64,000 nt of DNA from Eledone cirrhosa (GCA_964016885.1 OZ024748.1:52762001-52826000); one strand, 5' to 3'. Numbered from the stretch's first letter, positions 27,020 to 41,012 are shown. Translations and numbers: made by a program. Notes: generated from the letters alone by a model not told the origin.

Positions 27020-27650
27020 AGGAGACTGTGGCTCACATTGTATCCGAGTGTAAACACCTAGCCCAGACTCACTATAAAGACTGGAGACATGATGTGATGG
27101 GCAGGGTGATCCACTGGCACCTATGCAAAGTAAACAATTTACCACATTCTGAGAAGTGGTATGAGCATAGGCCAGAGTCGGTGATAGAAAACGATCAGGT
27201 GAAGGTGCTACGGGATTTTAGGATACAGACGGACAAGAAACTGGAACACAATAGACCTGACCTGGTGGGTGTGGACAAGGAAAAAAGATCGTGCCTGGTT
27301 GTGGATGTGGCCTGCCCATTTGACACGAGAGTGCAAGAAAAGGAGAGGGAGAAAATTAACCGATAACAGGACTTAAAGTGGGAGGTAAAAAGGATTTGGA
27401 ACTGCCATGAAGTCAGAGTCGTCCCGATTCTCATAGGCGCACTAGGTACTATCTCAAAGAGTTTCCAAGGATGGTTAAAGCAAGTTAGTCCAGCCCCGCT
27501 TTATGGAACACTTCAAAAGGCATGCTTGCTGGGAACAGCAAGAACCCTCCGATACGTCCTGAATATCTGAGGAAGCTGCCAGGTAGCGCCTTGATATTCA
27601 TTTCAACAAACTTTCCAGTTAAATAACATCAATGACTGAAACTCAAAGAA
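27020..27650 (+). mobile_element. 5'-truncated R4/Dong-clade non-LTR element (CCHC knuckle remnant plus restriction-like endonuclease), with premature stop
   Basis: ETVAHIVSEC...YKDWRHD...IHWHLC...WYEHRPESVIEN...DFRIQTD...NRPDLV...DVACP.D...EKEREK..R*QDLKWEV...VVPILIGALG...LQKACLLGTARTLR; followed by (TAA)n. Confidence 0.9.
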
Positions 27651-27663
27651 CAATAACAACAAC

Positions 27664-27696
<33 letters not shown>

Positions 27697-28034
27697 TTTG
27701 TGGGAGCTTTATTATTCTCATTTCTTTGTTTCTTTTGTGTTCATTTATTTATTTAATTAATTATAATATTTATGCATCTATTTGTTCATATTTCTTTCTT
27801 TCCTTTCCTATATTAATTTGTTTAATGTTAGCGTTATTTAGATATTTCCAGCAGAAAATGGTGGAGCATGTGTTTTTGTTTTTTGTCCAAGGCTAACAAC
27901 TCAAGCATGAGATTGTAAAATAATTAATGAGAACAGTAACTGCTTTACAGCCAAGTAGTTGGTGATTATTTTCTTGTGAATATATATGTCCATATATAGT
28001 CGAATCAAAATAATACACACAGGCAGAGACAGTC

Positions 28035-31000
28035 ATAGACAGTCACACATACACACAGATATAGACAGTCACACATACAGAGATATAGACACTCACACAT
28101 ACACATAGATATAGACAGTCACACATACACATACATATAGACAGTCACACATACACATACATATAGACAGTCACACATACAGAGATATAGACACTCACAC
28201 ATACACATAGATATAGACAGTCACACATACACATAGATATAGACAGTCACACATACACATACATATAGACAGTCACACATACACATAGATATAGACTGTC
28301 ACACATACACATAGATATAGACTGTCACACATACACAGAGATATAGACAGTCACACATACACACAGATATAGACTGTCACACATACACATAGATATAGAC
28401 TGTCACACATACACATAGATATAGACTGTCACACATACACATAGATATAGACAGTCACACATACACAGAGATATAGACAGTCACACATACACACAGATAT
28501 AGACTGTCACACATACACATAGATATAGACTGTCACACATACACATAGATATAGACTGTCACACATACACATAGATATAGACAGTCACACATACACACAG
28601 AGATATAGACAGTCACACATACACATACATATAGACAGTCACACATACACACAGATATAGACAGTCATAGACAGTCACACATACACACAGATATAGACTG
28701 TCACACATACACATAGATATAGACAGTCACACATACACATAGATATAGACAGTCACACATACACATACATATAGACAGTCACACATACACACAGAGATAT
28801 AGACAGTCACACATACACAGAGATATAGACTGTCACACATACACATAGATATAGACAGTCACACATACACAGAGATATAGACAGTCACACATACACATAC
28901 ATATAGACAGTCACACATACACATAGATATAGACAGTCACACATACACATACATATAGACAGTCACACATACACACAGAGATATAGACAGTCACACATAC
29001 ACAGAGATATAGACAGTCACACATACACATAGATATAGACTGTCACACATACAGAGATATAGACACTCACACATACAGAGATATAGACAGTCACACATAC
29101 ACACAGATATAGACTGTCACACATACACATAGATATAGACAGTCACACATACACATACATATAGACAGTCACACATACACACAGAGATATAGACAGTCAC
29201 ACATACACAGAGATATAGACAGTCACACATACACATAGATATAGACAGTCACACATACACATACATATAGACAGTCACACATACACATAGATATAGACGG
29301 TCACACATACACAGAGATATAGACAGTCACACATACACATACATATAGACAGTCACACATACACATAGATATAGACAGTCACGCATACACATATATATAG
29401 ACAGTCACACATACACATAAATATAGACAGTCACACATACACATACATATAGACAGTCACACATACACACAGAGATATAGACAGTCACACATACACAGAG
29501 ATATAGACAGTCACACATACACAGAGATATAGACAGTCACACATACACATAGATATAGACAGTCACACATACACATAGATATAGACAGTCACACATACAC
29601 ATACATATAGACAGTCACACATACACATACATATAGACAGTCACACATACACATAGATATAGACGGTCACACATACACAGAGATATAGACAGTCACACAT
29701 ACACATACATATAGACAGTCACACATACACATACATATAGACGGTCACACATACACATACATATAGACAGTCACACATACACAGATATATAGACAGTCAC
29801 ACATACACATACATATAGACAGTCACACATACACATACATATAGACAGTCACACATACACATAGATATAGACGGTCACACATACACAGAGATATAGACAG
29901 TCACACATACACATACATATAGACAGTCACACATACACATAGATATAGACAGTCACGCATACACATATATATAGACAGTCACACATACACATAAATATAG
30001 ACAGTCACACATACACATACATATAGACAGTCACACATACACATAAATATAGACAGCCACACATACACAGAGATATAGAGTCACACATACACACATATAT
30101 AGACAGTCACACATACACAGAGATATAGACAGTCACACATACACACAGATATAGACAGTCACACATACACATAGATATAGACAGTCACACATACACATAC
30201 ATATAGACAGTCACATATACACATACACATAGACTGTCACACATACACATAGATATAGACAGTCACACATACACATAAATATAGACAGCCACACATACAC
30301 ATACATATAGACAGTCACACATACACATAGATATAGACAGTCACACATACACACAGATATAGACAGTCACACATACACATACATATAGACAGTCACACAT
30401 ACACAGAGATATAGACGGTCACACATACACATAAATATAGACAGTCACACATACACATACATATAGACAGTCACACATACACATACATATAGACAGTCAC
30501 ACATACACACAGATATAGACAGCCACACATACACAGAGATATAGACAGTCACACATACACATACATATAGGCAGTCACACATACACATAGATATAGACGG
30601 TCACACATACACAGAGATATAGACAGTCACACATACACATAGATATAGACAGTCACACATACACAGAGATATAGACAGTCACACATACACATACATATAG
30701 ACAGTCTGACATACACATAGATATAGACGGTCACACATACACATAGATATAGACAGTCACACATACACATACATATAGACAGCCACACATACACATACAT
30801 ATAGACTGTCACACATACACATAGATATAGACAGTCACACATACACATACATATAGACAGCCACACATACACATAGATATAGACAGTCACACATACACAT
30901 AGATATAGACAGTCACACATACACATAGATATAGACAGTCACACATACACACAGATATAGACAGTCACAAATACACATACATATAGACAGTCACACATAC

Positions 31001-31165
31001 ACACAGATATAGACAGTCACACATACACACAGATATAGACAGTCACACATACACATAGATATAGACTGTCACACATACACACAGATATAGACAGTCACAC
31101 ATACACATACATATAGACAGTCACACATACACATAGACAGTCACACATACACATAGATATAGACA
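28035..31165. repeat. 3.1-kb 26-bp minisatellite (acagtcacacatacacatagatatag)n
   Basis: About 120 tandem units with 24- and 28-bp variants. Confidence 0.95.
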
Positions 31166-31169
31166 GTTG

Positions 31170-31290
31170 TTTAATCTAGTTGTTTGATCCAATTGTTTGT
31201 TGTTCCAGTTGTTTGATCCAACTGTTTGTTGTTCCAGTTGTTTGATCCAATTGTTTGTTGTTCCAGTTGTTTGATCCAATTGTTTGTTGA
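31170..31290. repeat. 29-bp tandem repeat (tgtttgatccaattgtttgttgttccagt)
   Basis: About 3.5 units. Confidence 0.85.
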
Positions 31291-32150
31291 AACAGTTTTC
31301 CATTTACTAAATGTCACTCACAAGGTTTGAACTGAAATGTCAAACAGTGGGACCAAACCCAGACCTCAATAACTTAATTCTATGGTGATGTCTCAAGTTG
31401 GATATTTAGATGGATATGTTTGATGGAGGTGAAGTTGGATATTGAGATGGATATGTTTGATGGAGGTGTTTGATGGAAGCGTTTGATGATACCATGTTTA
31501 TAATACAGGAATATATGATGGTGATGTCTGAAGTTAGATATTAAGATGGATATGTTTGATGGAAGTGTTTGATGATGTCTTGCTTATAATATGGTCATAT
31601 TTGAAGGTGATATTTCAATGGATATGTTTGATGGAAGTGTTTGATGGTGATGTAATACACTTACCTATAAAGTGACAGTGTTTGAAGGAGTCTCATCAGA
31701 CATATGTGTCTGATGTTGATGCAAGATATTTGGCTTATAATATGGCAGGTCTTTGATTGTGACAAACAAGACTGGCTCATTAGCTAGATATGTCTGAAGA
31801 TGAGGCATGGCACCTGTAATATATCATGCTGCTGCTTTATAAGATGAAGGCCAATGGATAAGCAGTAAATTGATTCAGTAATTAGTGTTCATTAAAAGAA
31901 ATCTATATGCTCATATAACTTGCCTTATTATATTTAATTAGTATTTATAAATCATATTTATTTGTATCATTTGATATTAATCCTGTCTTATGTTCACTAT
32001 TTCTAATGAACCTTTCAGCTATATTACAATTAATCTAAAGCTAATTTCATAAACAACGTATTCTTCTTCTATGTATATATATATATATATAGTTGCATAT
32101 ATGTTATAGAATGCCGTTAGCTTCTTGCTAAAACAATCTCTATACCTCTC

Positions 32151-32192
<42 letters not shown>

Positions 32193-32412
32193 TCATCATC
32201 GTCATCGTTTAATGTCCATTTTCTGCATTACCATGGGTAGGAGGGGCTGTCATTTTGTGAGAGATCAGGTCAGAGGTCCTTGTTTCGCACATGAAGGACA
32301 GATTTTGGGTTCGCTTCTATAGCTGGATGTCCTTCTTAATGCCAAAATTGGTATATATATATATATATTAAGAAAGTAAAACAAAGAAGCCTTCAATACA
32401 TCAAAAGTCTTT

Positions 32413-32457
32413 ATTAGCCGACAATGTTTCATCCTATAAAGGACTCATCAGGGCAAT
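32413..32457 (-). ncRNA. Type I hammerhead ribozyme (solo)
   Basis: Minus strand: attgcc-CTGATGA-gtcct ttat aggat-GAAA-c att g-TC-ggctaat; GUC cleavage triplet, all three helices pairable. Confidence 0.88.
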
Positions 32458-32564
32458 TATATATATATGTGTGTGTATACATATATATATATATATATAT
32501 ATGCGTCCAATTTCCCACAGATACAAGCCGAAGCTGAAGCATATAGACAATATGCCCCCTCCCC

Positions 32565-32785
32565 CTCCCATTGCAAAGTGGTTGTGGAGGTGCCATGGTA
32601 AAAAAGCACCCAGCCCACACTGTCAATGAGATTGGTGTTAGGAAGGGCATCCAGCTGTAGAAATCAAGCCAGAATCAGTTGCCATATGAGCAAGACAAGG
32701 TCAGCTGACTGGGTACTGCCCACAACAGGACAACTCGTCTGACCCATGCTAGCGTGGAAGAATGGACGTAAAACGGTGATGATGA
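32565..32785 (+). mobile_element. SINE family B / RTE-type 3' portion
   Basis: ggtgttaggaagggcatccagctgtagaaa...cccatgctagcgtggaag...gacgtaaaacggtgatgatg. Confidence 0.8.
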
Positions 32786-32829
32786 TATATAAGCATGCAT
32801 ATCTATCTATTTATCTCTATATATATATA

Positions 32830-33670
32830 TCTGTATATATATAAAATTAAGTATGTGTGTGCGTGTGTCTGTGTATTACCTATAGGGGCCTACATCTTAC
32901 GACCGATTTTCATGAAACTTTACAGGCTCATAGATTAGTCATCGGGGAGTGTTTTCTATATATCAGCGTATCGTTTTTTTTATTCCGGGGTCATTCTGCA
33001 GATAAAAATCGATAGGGGTGGTCACCTTTTTTTAGGTATCGAAAAATAAGATTTTTGGCTCTAGCTCCCACATTTTGCCACCGATTTCGTTTAAATTTTA
33101 AAGCAAAATGGAATTTATCATTGCACATCCTGTAAGGGCTTCATATTTTGCATTTGTTGTTCAGGGACAGCGTGGCAGCTGCTTAAATATTCAAAAATAC
33201 CACTTTTAGACTCAAATTTCCACTTTTTCGGCTCTAGCTCCCACATTTTACAACTGATTTCGTTCAAATTCGAAACTTCGGCTCCACCTCACACATAAAT
33301 CAATTTATTTGGATCAACTTTTATACTACGATAGAACCTATTATTGCACATCTTATAAGATGGTCAAAGGCAAAACGATGGCTACTGACGTCGTTTGAGC
33401 TTTTAGTTTTGTATTTGAGAATTCATCGGTTTCCAATCAAGTAGCATGAGGAAATTTGGCTTCGTGTTAGAGGTCATTACCTCCCTCCCCCAGCATGCCC
33501 CTTCGTCAGTCACCCGCGTTTCTCAGTAATAGAGGTCATCACCACCCTCCCTCGCAAGGCCTGTGTGTGGCCATAGATGAGTCACCGAGAAGCAGTCGCT
33601 AAGATCAACACCTTTTCATCAAAGTAGATATTATTTTACCTAACCAGGCAACGCTGGGTACTGTTGCTAG
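32830..33670 (+). mobile_element. Non-autonomous Helitron
   Basis: A|TC 5' end, ccgattttcatgaaactt motif near the 5' end, subterminal hairpin accaggcaacgctgggt (33643-33659), CTAG|T 3' end. Confidence 0.8.
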
Positions 33671-34156
33671 TATATATATATATATATTTATAATATATGT
33701 AGTAGTTAGATGAAAGACCAGTGATGGGAATGCCAATGATAACTAGTGGGATGAATGGGTGTAACATGGAGGGGTAACATCCCTACAATGCAATAAATAG
33801 GTATTGACGTGGTTGCTAGCTTATAGGGGTGCTGATATTGAAAGAGAGAAGATTGAATTTTATCAGTTCCCTTATGTCTCCACCCTGGGTTCTCCACAAA
33901 ACCAGGGGTGGATAAAATAATATTCGGAAGACCATTTGAAGAGGCTGGATTGATGCTATGGAACCAACACACTGCATAGTCGTGAAAGCCGTTAAAACAT
34001 TTATAGTGGAAAATTTCCAAATAAATTGATGTAAAATCACATTATGCATACTTATTCTACGCTATATATATTTATATATATGTATTTATATATATCTATA
34101 TGTCTTTATATGAATGCATGTATGTATGTACATATATATATACATACACACACACA

Positions 34157-34256
34157 CAGGATGTCCCCAAAAAATGTATACACACTTCAACAACATTCGA
34201 ATAAATATTGCCTGTACAGGTAATCAAAACGTGCATACACTTTTTGGAACACCCTG
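34157..34256. mobile_element. 100-bp Tc1/mariner-like MITE
   Basis: Imperfect TIRs caggatgtccccaaaaaatgtatacac / gtgcatacactttttggaacaccctg. Confidence 0.7.
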
Positions 34257-34326
34257 CATATAACTCTCTCTCTTTCTCTCTCTCTCTATAAATATATACA
34301 TATATCCCTATCCCTTTCTCTCTCTC

Positions 34327-34375
<49 letters not shown>

Positions 34376-35319
34376 GTATTGTTTTATGCAGCCTAATGTG
34401 AGACACTTTAAACTGGTTCTTTGAAAGGTTTAGTCAACAAAATAATTAGGTCTATTATCAACATGGTACTCATTAAAGTTTAGACATATGTGCATTGTGT
34501 TTAATTATCTCAGTTTATCTTTATCACACACCAGACACACACACACATGCACACACACACACACGCACACATCACATGCAAGCACACACACTCTCACTCA
34601 CAGACACATACATGCACAAACACACTCACACACGTGCACACAGAGACACTCGCTCACATAATCACACATGCACAAACACATTCACACACATGCAAGCCGA
34701 CATACACACACACACATTCTCTCTCACTCACACACACACACACTTATGCACACATGCATACACACTCACACATGCACAAAAACACTCATACACACAAACA
34801 CTCACTCACACAAAGACACACACACTAGCTGAATGACTATCACTTACTTTACACATACATACACACATACCCAATTCAATTTCTGCTTTATTGTTCTTGT
34901 GTACAATGAAGAATTGATTACATCCCATGTTGAAAGAAGTAAAACAATTGTATTCGTAACATCATTTAATGTATTTCAATTTAAATACGATAATAAAAGC
35001 AATTGAGACATACCAATTAAATTACTATAACAACAACTATTAGACAACAACAATAACAATAAAAAACAGCAATTATTTTAAGGCCATCTTTACTGCTAAA
35101 GCAGAGTTTACCCTTGCAAACCCCCCATGTCAATTTTCTCCATTGTTTTTCTATTATCTGTAACGCCCCCTCTATACCAACTTTCATATACTCCTTCATC
35201 ATCTTTAGCCCTTGCTTTCATTTTCTTGGTCTTCCCTTTCCTCTATTTCCTATCATATTTATTTCCATCGCTCCTTCCCCCCCCCCCCCCCCCAGTCACT
35301 TTCATCATTCCTCAACACA

Positions 35320-35890
35320 TGACCCAACCATATCATTTCAGTCTCCCCCCCCCCTCTCCAATCAATTTTATCATTCGTCAACACATGACCAAACCATTCC
35401 ATTCCATTTCTATCACTCCACTCCCTCAGACACTTTCATCAGACCCCAACACACAACCCAACTGTTCCATTCCATTTCCATCACTTCTTTCACCCAGACA
35501 ATTTCATCAGTCCCCAACACATGACCCAACAGTTCCATTCCATTTCTATCACTTCTTTCACCCAGACAATTTCAGCAGTCCCCAACACATGACCCAACAG
35601 TTCCATTCCATTTCTATCACTTCTTTCACCCAGACAATTTCAGCAGTCCCCAACACATGACCCAACAGTTCCATTCCATTTCTATCACTTCTTTCACCCA
35701 GACAATTTCAGCAGTCCCCAACACATGACCCAACAGTTCCATTCCATTTCTATCACTTCTTTCACCCAGACAATTTCATCAGACCCCAACACATGACCCA
35801 ACAGTTCCATTCCATTTCTATCACTTCTTTCACCCAGACAATTTCAGCAGTCCCCAACACATGACCCAACAGTTCCATTCCATTTCCATC
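35320..35890. repeat. 68-bp minisatellite
   Basis: atgacccaacagttccattccatttc at 35521, 35589, 35657, 35725, 35793 and 35861, plus diverged upstream units. Confidence 0.92.
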
Positions 35891-36359
35891 ACTCTTTCTT
35901 CTCTCCCCTCGTCACTTAATTCAATTAAATCAACTCCAGTGCATTACTGGTACTTTATTTTATTGACACCACAAGGATGAAAGGCAAAGCAAACCTCAGC
36001 AGGATTAGCTTTGATTTCATCCTTAATGATAATAACAACAATTGTTAACAGTTGCTTGCTGTGTTCAGCTTTATCATTGATTCAAGGAGCCCAAGTTTTT
36101 CGACAACCTCACAGGAGGCCCTAGAAACTGATCAATGAGCTCTGATCAGGTAAAAGACAACAACCTGAGACTGCAACAGTCTCATGCACAAGAAGAAGAA
36201 GAAGAAGAAGAAGAAGAAGCAGAAGAAGAAGAAGAAGAAGAAGTTGTTTATGAAATTAGCTTTAGATTAATTATAATATAGTTGAAAGGTTAATTAGAAA
36301 CTGAACATAAGACAGGACTAATATCAAATGAGACAAATAAATATCAGTTATAAATATGG

Positions 36360-36945
36360 AATCATATGATGTCCTAGATGTCATACATGTCATACATGTC
36401 ATACATGTGATATAATCTCCAACATGTTATATGATGTCATACATGTCATATGATATCCAGCATGTCATGTGATGCCATACATGTCATATGACATCATAGA
36501 TGTCATAGGATATCATACATGTAATGATGTCATATGTCATGATATCCTACATGTCACATATCTTACATGTCCTATGATAGGATATGATATCATAGATGTT
36601 GTATGGGATCATATAATGTCCAACATGTTATATAATGTCATGTTTTCCTATATGGAATGTCTTACATGTTGTATGATGTCTTAAACGTCATATGATGTCT
36701 TAAACGTCATATGATGTCCTAGATCTCTTGGAATCTTAGATATCCTCTGATGTCCAAGATATCATCTAATATCATACATGTCACATGATGTCGTAGATCT
36801 AATATGATGTCCTAGAAGTCATATTATGTCCAAGGTGTCATATGAAGTCACAATGTCCTAGATGTCATATTTTGCTCCAGATGTCACAGGATGTCATCTG
36901 ATGTCATATGATGTCACAGAATGTCATCTGCTTAGCATGTCATAT
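36360..36945. repeat. Degenerate ~10-bp satellite (atgtcatatg/atgtcctag)
   Basis: Recurring atgtca. Confidence 0.75.
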
Positions 36946-37219
36946 TTGTAACAATTTGTGTTTGTGATATTTGATAGCTGAGATGAGACTGATTACTTTC
37001 CATAGTCAATGATTCTGGAAAATTCCATCAATAGTTTGGATTGAAATTCTATAAATATTCCGTAGAGCTTCAGGTGTGCATCATGGAGAATCTTACATGC
37101 TAATAATTCAAGTTCCATAATTCAGTTCACTTCACTACTTCTGCTAATAAATGGTTCATTAATTATTCCACAGCCATATCCATAATAAAGTGTATATTAA
37201 GCATTCCACAGTCATAACC

Positions 37220-37432
37220 ATCATCATCAACATGATTTTACATCCATTGTTGCCTGCTTGCTAGGGTTGGACAGGTCTTTCTCAGTATAGCATCTCTCCA
37301 TTTGTTGCTTTTCTTTGTCATATTTTCTGTAAGCTTTTACTATCTCAGATCAGCTCTCACCACTTCCGTCCAGGTCTGCCTTGGTCTTCCTCTACTGAGG
37401 CTTACTTCCACAGGGATTACTTGCCACTTCTT
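37220..37432 (-). mobile_element. RTE LINE 3' end
   Basis: Minus translation [23 protein letters not shown]...W followed by a (GAT)n tail. Confidence 0.8.
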
Positions 37433-37651
37433 TATATATATATATATATATATATATAAACACATGTATATAAATACATATATATACACATATATATACA
37501 TATATACATACATATATATACACATATATATATACATACATATATATATATACACAAACATATATACACACACATATATATACACACACACATATACACA
37601 TATACTCACATATATACACACATATATATACACACACACATATACACATAT

Positions 37652-37750
<99 letters not shown>

Positions 37751-37773
37751 CATATATATATATATGTATACAC

Positions 37774-37884
<111 letters not shown>

Positions 37885-38047
37885 TATATATATACACATA
37901 CATATATATATACACATACATATATATACACAGACATATATATATATATACACACATACATATATATATATATACACATACATATATATACACACATGCA
38001 TATATATATATACATACATGTGTGTATATATATATATATTGTGTGTG

Positions 38048-38080
<33 letters not shown>

Positions 38081-38237
38081 GTATGTATATATATATATGT
38101 ATATATATATGTATGTATATATATATGTATGTATATATATATATATATGTATGTACGTTATTCCGGGTTGAATCGGAGGTAACCACAGTAAGTAAGGTAC
38201 TCAATACATAGCAGAGTATAATAGTTTTAATATAGAT

Positions 38238-38288
38238 GAGATTCTACAGGACTAGAACTGTTTCATTCATTAGAAATCATCAGGAATC
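38238..38288 (-). ncRNA. Type I hammerhead ribozyme
   Basis: Minus strand: gattc-CTGATGA-tttctaatgaat-GAAA-cag ttctagtc ctg-TA-gaatc. Confidence 0.8.
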
Positions 38289-38289
38289 A

Positions 38290-38342
38290 GAGATTCCTGA
38301 TGATTTCTAATGAATGAAACAGTTCTAGTCCTGTAGAATCTC
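38290..38342 (+). ncRNA. Type I hammerhead ribozyme
   Basis: gagattc-CTGATGA(38297-38303)-tttctaatgaat-GAAA(38316-38319)-cag ttctagtc ctg-TA-gaatctc; helix I 7 bp, helix III 4 bp, weak helix II. Confidence 0.82.
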
Positions 38343-38521
38343 ATCTATATTAAAACTATATATGTATGTATATATATATGTATGTATATATATATATATA
38401 TGTATGTATATATACATGTATATATATATGTATGTATATATATATATGTATGTATATATGTATATATATATATACATACATATATATATACATACATATA
38501 TATATGCATACATATATATAT

Positions 38522-38584
<63 letters not shown>

Positions 38585-38658
38585 CATATATATATATACA
38601 TACATATATATATACATATATATACATACATATATATATATATACACACACACACACC

Positions 38659-38690
<32 letters not shown>

Positions 38691-38712
38691 TATATATATA
38701 TATATACACACA

Positions 38713-38791
<79 letters not shown>

Positions 38792-38799
38792 GTATACAC

Positions 38800-38833
<34 letters not shown>

Positions 38834-39699
38834 GTATACACATATATATATATATACATAAATATATATGAGGGTGAAGTTATAGTTCACTTGAAGCATT
38901 GTGTAATGAGGTATAAACGTTTGAATTTGTAAAGCCAAACAATGCAGGTATGGACATAGGATAAAAAAAAAAAATGCAAATGCAAAAGATATTGTTGCCA
39001 AGCTATTTAGCTTGCCAAGCTATTTAGAACACTGGTCTAACCACTTTACTTCCCTCCGAAGAAGAGATATTATCTCTAAAATTAAGGACATTTAAATAAA
39101 TCTAAGGTAAAAGACTAATTGTCAACAATATCTTTTGCATTTGCATTTTTTTTTTTATCCTATGTCCATACCTGCATTGTTTGGCTTTACAAATTCAAAC
39201 ATTAATACATATATATGTATGTATATATATATATATGTATATATATAAATCAGGATAGAACTTGTTTAAAATTAGTTAGACTATTATTTAACAGAGTACT
39301 CAATACTTGGTGTAGCAGAGTATGGCTATGTTATATACAATAGTATATATAGAGTAATGTGACTGCTAAAGGGTTAAAATATCCAAGAAACAAGCACATT
39401 ACCAGGTGTTATCCTAGATGGGGGTGAGGTAAGATAGGGGTCTTCAGAATATTTGTGTTGGGCACTCATTTGCAAGGAACGTATTTCAGGACGTTTTTTT
39501 ATGAACCCTATTTTCTGTACATGAGAAAGCACCATTGAAATGTAGGGGTGGAAAAGGCGGTAGTTCCATACAGCACTACCTCACCCACCTGAATTCCTTG
39601 GAAACAAACCTACCAAAGAACTTCCCCTGAGATGCAAGCTTGTAGTAGACCAGCTAATCCTGTATAGGTAAGAACCATAGATTTCATTTCATTTTCAAA

Positions 39700-40460
39700 C
39701 TCATCATCATCATATACCCCAAGTGTCCATGGATGCCTTTTGCAATTTCCTCCAAACACTTTTGTCCTCTGCTATTCTGATCACCTCCCATTGAAACCTG
39801 TTGGGGCATGCACAGATGTCACTCTTCAAGCACTTTCTTAGTCTTCATCATCCCTTACTACCTGGCGCACAGCCATGTAATACAGTACTATGGAGTCTCT
39901 GTTCCCTTATTACCTGGCACACAGCCATGTAATACAGTACTCTGGAATCTCTGTTCCCTTACTACCTGGCACACAACCATGTATTACAGTACTCTGGAAT
40001 CTCTGTTCCCTTACGACCTGGCACAGAGCCATGTATTACAGTACTCTGGAGTCTCTGTTCCCTTACTACCTGGCACACAGCCATGTATTACAGTACTCTG
40101 GAGTCTCTGTTCCCTTACTACCTGGCACACAGCCATGTATAACAGTACTCTTGAGTCTCTGTTCCCTTACTACCTGGCACACAGCCATGTATTACAGTAC
40201 TCTGGAATCTCTGTTCCCTTGCTACCTGGCACAGAACCATGTAATACACTGCTCATCAATTTCAAATCCTTGGAGTCCCTCTTATCCTCCTGCCTGGTAC
40301 ACATCCATGTATTACACTGCTCACTAGTCTCAAATCCTTGGGGATATCTCAATACATGTCCAAAATATTTCAGCTTGCAAGCTTGTGCTATCTTTAACAG
40401 GTATTTCTATACTGCAGCAGTTTTTTCCTCCATTGTTTCCAAACCCATTCGTTGAGTCGT
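39700..40460 (-). mobile_element. Decayed RTE LINE 3' end containing an internal 52-bp tandem amplification (39852-40250)
   Basis: Minus strand KLKYFGHVLR near 40345-40377; (ATG)n tail near 39700; 52-bp unit cccttactacctggcacacagccatg... repeated about 8 times. Confidence 0.75.
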
Positions 40461-40755
40461 TTATCTCACCATTTCACCAACTACTATTTAATAACTTAAC
40501 TTGCTCCATCATGTAGGGGTTCAAAGATATCAAATATATAAATACAAGCTTGTTCTTTGGAATATTTATCTACCTTGAAATCATGAAATAAAATACAAGA
40601 TTGAAAGATGGCTATTCCCAGAAAAATCAGGGAAAATTGCAAGGAAAAAACAAAGATTGATGCTCAAAGCCGGAGGTAGAAGTCAATACCTACAGCCAAT
40701 TTGTCCAGTTTATATAATATGAGCTTTAATGGGCCTGTAACCCCCCCTCTCTCTC

Positions 40756-40792
<37 letters not shown>

Positions 40793-40814
40793 GCACATAC
40801 ATATAAGTATATAT

Positions 40815-40854
<40 letters not shown>

Positions 40855-40880
40855 AATATATATATATATATATATTATAT

Positions 40881-40914
<34 letters not shown>

Positions 40915-40916
40915 AT

Positions 40917-40995
<79 letters not shown>

Positions 40996-41012
40996 TACAC
41001 ACATATATATAT

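Noticed and set aside
33706-34049. 104-aa and 77-aa non-repetitive ORFs
   Set aside because: Non-ATG starts, and no recognisable motif or splice signals.
35430-35800. CTGATGA...GAAA on the minus strand of the 68-bp repeat
   Set aside because: Helices II and III cannot form, and most units read CTGCTGA.
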